DNA of 64,000 bases, from NCBI GenBank assembly GCA_951406725.2, contig OX597822.1:83204001-83268000 (forward strand), given 5' to 3'. Below, in pieces: positions 56,084 through 64,000 of the stretch. Each line of letters starts with the position of its first letter. The first letter of the stretch is position 1. Position numbers and translations under genes: made by a program. The notes under the pieces are model-generated. The model was not told where the DNA came from. It ran no database searches and saw only the letters and a list, made by a program, of their open reading frames with translations. The stretch is from Octopus vulgaris (taxonomy: Eukaryota).

Positions 56084-56744
56084 GTCATTTCAAAGATATT
56101 GAAAAACAAACAAATTGCTGAACAAAAGAAATGTAATTAAAATAAAAGGAAGTATACACTTGACTAGTCGTTACAAATACAAAGAAGGTTTTAGTGTATG
56201 TCGCAAAGGTGTATTTAACCTCGGGCTTCAAGTTAGACAAGAAATCCATTTATTTTGTGAGCTGATAGAGTGTAAAGTAGCAGTGAGTGGTCACAACGAA
56301 AGTGGTTAACAGTTGTATATACATCGTTGGAAAGAGAAGAGGTAAATATCGGTCGAAATTTTAGATATATAGAAATATTATTATTTCTAAATCTCTCAAC
56401 GAGAGACATTCAGTAGCAGTACTCTAAAGTACTCTAAAGATTATTTGCCAAAATAATGTGGCGGCTCTGGTAACCGTACGGTAACATTCGTCCCAACCGG
56501 GGCCGCCACATTATGTTGGCAAATAATCTTTACTATATGTGTGTGTGTTTGTGGAGCTCACAAAATAAATGGATTCCTTGTCTTACTTGAAGCCCGAGGT
56601 TAAATACACCTTTGCGACATACACTAAAACCTTGTTTGTATTTCTAACAATTAGCCAGGTGCACATTTCCTTTCATTTTAATTACATTCCTTTTGTTCAT
56701 CAATTTGGGAACTGTTTTTGTTTTTACAATATGTTTGAAATGAC
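56084..56744. mobile_element. Element with ~180-bp inverted arms
   Basis: 56084-56263 is complementary to 56555-56744, including an exact core AAGGTTTTAGTGTATGTCGCAAAGGTGTATTTAACCTCGGGCTTCAAGT. Confidence 0.9.
56435..56532. mobile_element. 98-bp palindromic mini-element nested in the element above
   Basis: TAAAGATTATTTGCCAA.ATAATGTGGCGGC / GCCGCCACATTAT.TTGGCAAATAATCTTTA; a related right end lies at 34101-34149. Confidence 0.85.
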
Positions 56745-56763
56745 GTAATTTAAACATATATAT

Positions 56764-56954
56764 GTGCTGAGAACTTTCCAAACAATGTATTATAACACGT
56801 CGGCACAATCACCAGGCACAGCCAACATGGCATATTGAACGAAAAAATAATCTCTCATTCGATTTTTAGTTCGCTATGCCATGTGAGCTACGCTTGATAA
56901 TTGTGCTGAGATGTCAGACGTGTTATAATATATTGCTTGGCAAGTTCTCAGCAC
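56764..56954. mobile_element. ~190-bp palindromic MITE
   Basis: GTGCTGAGAACTT..TATTATAACACGTC..CATGGCATA / TATGCCATG..GACGTGTTATAATA..AAGTTCTCAGCAC. Confidence 0.85.
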
Positions 56955-56984
56955 TAGAAACTATTAGTAGCACATAATATCATG

Positions 56985-57213
56985 TATTGCGTCTATTAAC
57001 TAATATTTACCTCTCACCAGATGGACTACTTTTTTGATGATCTTAGCCACTACACATGCTTTATTCTCTCTCCTTGCTTCTTTCTGTGTTCCTTTCTGTG
57101 GAAGAGCGTAGGCTCGAAACGTTAAAAACTTTTTCACTTCCCGAGCGTTATACTAATACATCTGTTTGTTATCTACACCACCTGTCTTCATCTATTGTTT
57201 TTTGGTGAATTCT

Positions 57214-57217
<4 letters not shown>
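56985..57217 (+). mobile_element. Penelope-like terminal repeat with degenerate hammerhead
   Basis: CTGTGGA-A-GAGC(GTAG)GCTC-GAAACGTT at 57096-57123; runs into (TA)n; diverged relative at ~35000-35165. Confidence 0.6.
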
Positions 57218-57286
<69 letters not shown>

Positions 57287-57288
<2 letters not shown>

Positions 57289-57640
57289 CGCAGGAGTGGC
57301 TGTGTGGTAAGTAGCTTGCTAACCAGCCAAATGGTTCTGGGTTCAGTCCCACTGCGTGGCATCTTAGGCAAATGTCTTCTGCTATAGCTCCGGGCCGACC
57401 AATGCCTTGTGAGTGGATTTGGTAGACGGAAACTGAAAGAAGCCTGTCGTATATATTTGTGTGTCTGTGTTTGTCCCTCTAGCATTGCTTGACAACCGAT
57501 GCTGGTGTGTCTACGTCCCCGGCACTTAGCGGTTCGGCAAAAGAGACCGATATAATAAGTACTGGGCTTATTTGCTCGACTAAAGGTGGTGCTCCAGCAT
57601 GGCCGCAGTCAAATGACTGAAACAAGTAAAAGAGAGTAAA
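57287..57640 (+). mobile_element. SINE family A
   Basis: GGCGCAGGAGTGGCTGTGTGGTAAG ... GACTGAAACAAGTAAAAGAG. Confidence 0.9.
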
Positions 57641-57705
57641 AGAGAGATATATACATACACACATACATACATACGTACGTACGTACATACATACATGCAT
57701 GCATG

Positions 57706-57739
<34 letters not shown>

Positions 57740-59113
57740 TACATGTATGTGTGCGTGTGTTTATATATATTCCGAGCTGTAAAATACGACAATGTTGTAA
57801 ACCTATTGGAAACCATTATGTAAGAGCGAATCGTAGTTCTTCAAGTTTTAGTGTTGAAAGTGCGATGAATGAGGAACGGTATTGATTTGTTTTCGCATAT
57901 AAATTTGGTTTGTTGAGAGATACGTCTGTCAAATCATTCGAGCTGCAAAATCGAAATTGTGAACTCAGTAAAGCGCGTGAATTAAACGAACTATTTTACT
58001 TTAAGTGTCAGAGTGTGAAACCCGGAATATATCATGCTTAAGCTGGGAAGGCAATGACCTTGATGGCATTTAATGAGATAGTAGTACGAGGAGAATGGTA
58101 TGCCGCCAGCAGTTTTTGAATAATTTCATCAATAATATAAAATCGAGGCGAATCTGCAACTTTGAATGATAAATCTAGGGAGTTAATTAACCGCGTAAAA
58201 TATTTAGATATTAACTATTGTATAAATTACAGTTTTTACCTTTGGGGATAATGGCAAATAAGAAATGGCTAAACAGTTTGGCTTAAATGGTTGGTTATAT
58301 TATCAGAGCTTACGGAGTTTTATGAAATCTAAAGAAAAGGTAGTATTGGCATATTTACAGTAGATGCCAACGGCTTTAAGAACAATACTGGTGTCAGTAC
58401 CAGACTGTGAGCGATGTTTGAATGAAATCATTTTAAATGTGTTCGTTATTGCAAGATAAACGACTTCCAACTGATCAGCGTTCAAAAGTTTCTATCTATT
58501 AAGTTGTTGAGCCTCCGTTTGTCAAAGCCAGACGATGTAAGAGTGCATGGTTTCGTAGCAGCAGACGATGCACTTTAGAAACGGATTACAGAAAGAAAAA
58601 GGAAGTGATAGGAAAAAGAAACATCAAAATTGCGTACAGTATTTATTGGTTTCAAATTTTGGCACAAGGCAGTAATTTGAAAGGTGGGAGAAGTTCGATT
58701 ACATCGATCCCAGTTGATGTCAAGAAATATGAAATATATATATATATAAAGAGGGCTTTAAACTATCTGTTATGTCGATTATACATTGATGTAAGAATAT
58801 GTTGTTTTATAAAGCTCGAAACATGTGTACCACGACATCCTTTGTGTTCTGTTTTTTATTTCATTTGATGCATATATCCTCTCACCTCTGCTACTAGCTG
58901 GCATATACAGGTGCTTACATTTATCAAGTATTCACCCTGAATTTATATATATATGTATATATGTATATGTATGTATATGTATGTATATGGATATATATGT
59001 ATGTGTATATGTATGTATATGTATATATATATATGTATGTGTATATATATGTATGTGTATATATATGTACGTGTATATATATATGTATGTATGTATATAT
59101 GTATGTATATATA

Positions 59114-59160
<47 letters not shown>

Positions 59161-60446
59161 TAGCATTTTACAGATCAAATCATTGTATTGCGGCAATGCT
59201 ACAGCACTCCATTCTAGAATATTATTTGATTGTATCGAATCGGTCACATTATTCTGTTTATCGATCTCGTAAGAAACGAATTGCAAAGATGGCTTTTGGC
59301 ATAAAGGAAAGCTAAAGGGATGGAATTATATGGGCAGGATAACAATTGTTGTTATGTTTGTTAGAAGAATGGCAATACGCGGGTCTATTAGAAATGTAGA
59401 GTGAAGGGAAGAACTTAAATAGACTTAAAGATGATAAAACACGCCCGAAAGCCAACAGTATACAGAGAAATGAGATGACGCAGGAGGACAATCATCTGCT
59501 TCTAATCAGAAAACATCACATCCCCCCAGATTAAATTTACTGCCAAGGGTTAGTACCTTCATCTATGTGTGTTCTTCAACCTAAAGGTGTATGGGCTGAG
59601 AATAAACTCATGCATTTGGGCTATATTCGTCTCACTTACCCACCTTTAACAAAATTATCAGCATGAGCTCATTTCTCTCTCTAAATCTCCGACAAAATGA
59701 CGTAAATGGTATCTATTTATGTAAAGTCAACGAATCTTATCTAAATAGTATAACACATATTAAAGTATTCAGCAAAGCGTACAACCACGGAATTGAATTT
59801 CCGTACAAATCTGTTTGATATCAAAACAAATAAATGCTTCAATCTCGAGGATTTTGAATAATAATAAGAACGCTTTATTCATATTTCTTCGTCTTATATA
59901 TAACTTTACATTATATTTGTGGATATTGATGATGAAAAGCGAATTTTGCAAAGTTTTATAAATGTTATTGCGACGCTTCAATTTAATGTAGTTAGATGTA
60001 ACCAGATTCATGATTGTGATTCTATATCCTAACAAGACAAACCAATTTCCTTGTCATCTTCTGCTTCCTTATTTCAACATTTATTGATTTCTGTCAACAG
60101 AATTGAGTGAGTGGATAGGAAAGTTAATTTAATTCACTCTCAGCATTTGATTGGTGAATATATTTAATTGATAAGTAAAGAACGGAAGTAAAGCCACTGC
60201 TTATTATTAACTTCAATGTTATATTACAAGTGGTGATGAAGCGGGGGGGGGGGGGCACTAGATTACTACATCCGCCGTAGGGAACACAAGACATATTTCC
60301 CGTTAAAGAAGAAATGCAGGTCTTCAACTCGATGGGTTTGAACTCAGAATATTTAACGACGTGACTAAAATTACAAAGTCAACCCTTTTGAACTACCCGT
60401 CTTACTTCACGTTTGACTAACAGTTACACATACACACACACAGACA

Positions 60447-60491
<45 letters not shown>

Positions 60492-61477
60492 ACACACAAC
60501 CACACATACGCACTCACTGATATTCATGTATTATGGATTATGTTAAAGTAGTACAGTTGTTTCGATACGTCCTTATATTTTTTTCAAAAGTAGTTATAGT
60601 TATGCATTAAAATTCAACGGTCTTACATAAGTAGGAGAGAAAAGAAAAAAAACATCATTGCAATATTGTATGACACAGCCTTTTAAAAATATATAAAAGA
60701 ACCCAAAAAACAATATATATGGTGGATTTTAATAAAAATTGAAATAAAATAATCCGAAATCTAATCCCTTGGATACAAGACAAAAATTTCAAATCTAACG
60801 GTCAAAGTTAGTTTTATCGATTATCTAACTGGCGAAGTAATTACATATTCAAACTAAGAATCTCGAAAGAAACGTAAAAATTTAGCAGCAGCATAATTAA
60901 ATCGGCTGCCTTTTAAGAATGTCTTAGACGGGATTTAGACTCAAATAATGAATAGTCAGTAGCTAGGTTCTATTTAATAAACACCTACTTAAGCATGTGT
61001 TGAAAAAGATAAAATAAACTGTAATTTAACGTGGATGTTAGTCTTCAAAGCAAGTTAACTTGAAAAAAGTTTAAGGTATAAATTAAGCAAAATTCGAAGT
61101 TTAAAATTGTATAAATGAAAACGAAAATCATTGCAAAGCTAGTTAACTTGAAAGGAAAATATATAAATTAATGTATCAATTTAAAACCGGTGTAAAATGG
61201 AAAAGAAAAAAAAAATATCCATTATTTAGAATAGGCAGAATATAGCGAGACAAACATACCAGTGAGAAGATGATAGTTTGCTGCAACAAGAAAAATAAGG
61301 AAATTTTATAATTAATAAAATTAAAGGAGTTATAGTGATATTATAGATATCGTATATATTTTACGTTTTTGGTATTTCGTTTGCAAGATGTGAATCCGAT
61401 GTTATTGTATCCTGGGAGGGTCATTGTGACAATAATAAAAGGGGGAACTGGTTCTATTTCCCTTCTTTGTTTGACAA

Positions 61478-62165
61478 TGTCGACCTCTGTGGAATTTGAA
61501 CTCAAAACGTGAAGACAGACGAAATACTACTAAGCCATTTGGTCGGCGTGCTGACGATTCTGCCATCACACTGCCTCCGAAGAAAGAAAAATAATAATAA
61601 TCCTTTCTACTATAAGTACAAGGCCTGCAATTTGGTAGGAAGGGACTAGTCGATTGCATCGATCTCCAGTATCCTACTGGTACTAGTTTTATCGACCCCA
61701 AATGGATGAAAGGCAAAGTCGACTTCGGCTGAATTTGAACTCAGAACGTAAATATTGACGAAATGCCGCTAAGCATTTTGCCCGACGTGCTAACGTTAAT
61801 GCCAGCTCGCAGCCATAAAATTAATGATGATTATACTAATCCTTTCTTGTAAAGGCACAAAGCCTGAAATTTTCGGGGATGGGGATGAGGCGATTACATC
61901 GACCCCAGTGTTTCACTGGCCGCATATCATTTCTTCCGGCGTGCTAACGATTCTTTTCTACTCAAGGCATAAATCCCAGTATTTTGGGGGAGGGGACAGT
62001 CGATTAGATCGACCCCAGTACGCAGTCCGTACTTAATTTATCGACCCCGAAAGGATAAAAGGCAAATTCGACCTCGGCGGAATTTGAACTCAGAACTTAA
62101 AGACAAACAAAATAGCGCTAAACATTTCGCCCGGAGTGCTAACGTTTCTGCCAGCTCGCCGCCTT
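61478..62165 (-). mobile_element. Stack of about four SINE family B copies or fragments
   Basis: Repeated GTCGAC.TC.G.GGAATTTGAACTCA.AAC..AA and GTGCT.ACG.T..TGCCA blocks. Confidence 0.9.
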
Positions 62166-62202
62166 AAAAATAATGAAATAATAACAATAGATAATAATAA
62201 TA

Positions 62203-62295
<93 letters not shown>

Positions 62296-62296
62296 T

Positions 62297-62435
62297 ATGG
62301 AGCATTGGGTATAAGTGCCTAGCTCACAAATGTTTAAGTACCAAGCTACAAAGGGGTACGTGTAAATTTAAAGCATCTACAGGAAACTGAGTTGCTTAGA
62401 ACTGCACAATATTTCCACAGAGTTCTCGATGTCTA
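62297..62435 (+). mobile_element. RLE LINE extreme 3' fragment after (AAT)n
   Basis: GALG...LQETELLRTAQ..RVL remnants. Confidence 0.55.
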
Positions 62436-63383
62436 AATGAGGATTTTACCTTATTCCACTAGTTGTGGACAGCTAACGCCTTATTCTTCAGCAAAGGTGT
62501 TGCGTTAAACAACAATAATAATGTTGTTATTATAAACGATAATGATAAAAATTTAAATTGTGAAACTGATTTTTTTTTCTGAGACATTTGTGGACTAAAA
62601 TTTTTTGAAGTCCCTCACATACACACACACGTGCGCCTACACACATTTGCATACTTGATGTCACGTGTCTATATCGTATTTCTTAGTAGCAAGCTAACAT
62701 TTGCAAACTCCATTCAGCAACAGTTACACACACACACACACACACAAACACAGGGATACATATTACATACCCATACACACAAATTCACACGTATACACAA
62801 ACACATGCACGCACACATACTTAAATATAATTTTGCTTCTAAAGAATTTTAAACATTGTTTAGATGTTTTTGACATTCCTTTTGTAAATAAATCTTCTCT
62901 GCTGCGTTTTCTTTTGTTACTGAACAGTAAAAGTAAATTAAATTTCAAAATGGCGAATTTAATATTCATCTGCATATTTTTTTCTTTTAAAAGTAACCAA
63001 ATCATTTACATAACCTATAAACTTCGACATTTTTGTCTTTTAAATATATGAGCAAATTGTTTAGAACATATTTCCAAATATCTGTTGAGACTATTTATTT
63101 AAATCTATGACTTAGTATTGCATACTGCTTTTAATAAAGCCTCAGAATGCGACAGAAGCGGTTATTGTTGTCTGCTCCAATATACATGTAAAGTCCTGGC
63201 GATACGAATCTATCAAGAAATTTGTAATCGTCTGCACACCACTTATCGTACGGAGCTCCTGGAAATAGGTCTATTAAAAAATTTCTCAAATCTACTAGGA
63301 CAGAGGTTTCCAAATAATTTCCAACTAAAAATCTTATGTTCTACATACATCTAAGAAACTAATTATATTATTATTATTATTAC

Positions 63384-64000
63384 TTTGCTTTTCATACATT
63401 CGGAGTCGATAAAAGAAGTACCAGTTGAACACTGGGGTCGATGTAATCGACTCATCCCCACCTCACTCAAGCTGCCCTTGTGACAAAAATTTGAAATAAT
63501 AATAATAATAATAATTATTATCATTATTATTAATATTATTATTTTTATTAAGGCGGCGAGCTGGCAGAATCGTTAGCACGCCGGGCGAAATGCGTAGCCG
63601 TATTTCGTCTGCCGTTACGTTCTGAGTTCAAATTCCGCCTGGGTCGACTTTGTTTTTCATCCTTTCGGGGTCGATTAAATACATACCAATTACGCAGTGG
63701 GGTCGATGAAATTGACTAGCCCCCTAACCCATTTCTTTATTACCCACAAGGGGCTAAACACAGAGGGAACAAACAAGGACAGACATAGGTATTAAGTCGA
63801 TTACATCGACCCAGTTCGTAACTGGTACTTAATTTATCGACCCCGAAAGGATGAAAGGCAAAGTCGACCTCGGCGGAATTTGAACTCACAACGTAACGCA
63901 GACGAAATACCTATTTCTTTATTACCCACAAGGGGCTAAACACAGAGGGGACAAACAAGGACAGACATAGGTATTAAGTCGATTACACCGACCCCAGTGC
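63384..64000. mobile_element. SINE family B cluster: plus copies (63384-63497, 63552-63730) facing a minus tandem array (63731-64000)
   Basis: GGCGGCGAGCTGGCAGAATCGTTAGC at 63552; ATTTCTTTATTACCCACAAGGGGCTAAACACAGAGGG at 63731 and 63913. Confidence 0.9.

Noticed and set aside
63131-63258. Possible minus-strand exon after tttccag
   Set aside because: The two frames examined end in stops and resemble no family I recognise.

Overview
AT-rich, microsatellite-saturated animal DNA. The repeat repertoire (three tRNA-headed SINE families, CR1 and R4/Dong-type LINEs, mariner relics, long (TA)n tracts) suggests an octopus or other coleoid cephalopod; this is inference, not a database result. Almost every listed ORF is a microsatellite or transposon artefact. 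The only host-gene signal I can support is a 126-bp minus-strand exon (8694-8819) resembling helix 8 and the C-tail of a class B (secretin-family) GPCR, so most of the window is probably one very large intron. The only long clean reading frames are two tandem, 5'-truncated CR1-type LINE copies sitting in (TA)n (41.4-44.0 kb). Most notable: (1) several unrelated small repeats carry type I hammerhead-ribozyme architecture and lie in or next to (TA)n tracts, with one near-canonical copy at 44855-44907 (-); (2) a tRNA-Ser-like SINE head is joined to a Penelope-like hammerhead tail and an inverted copy of its own 3' end (21.56-21.96 kb); (3) there are many long inverted repeats, including a perfect 62-bp hairpin, a fold-back mariner MITE and a nested palindrome cluster.
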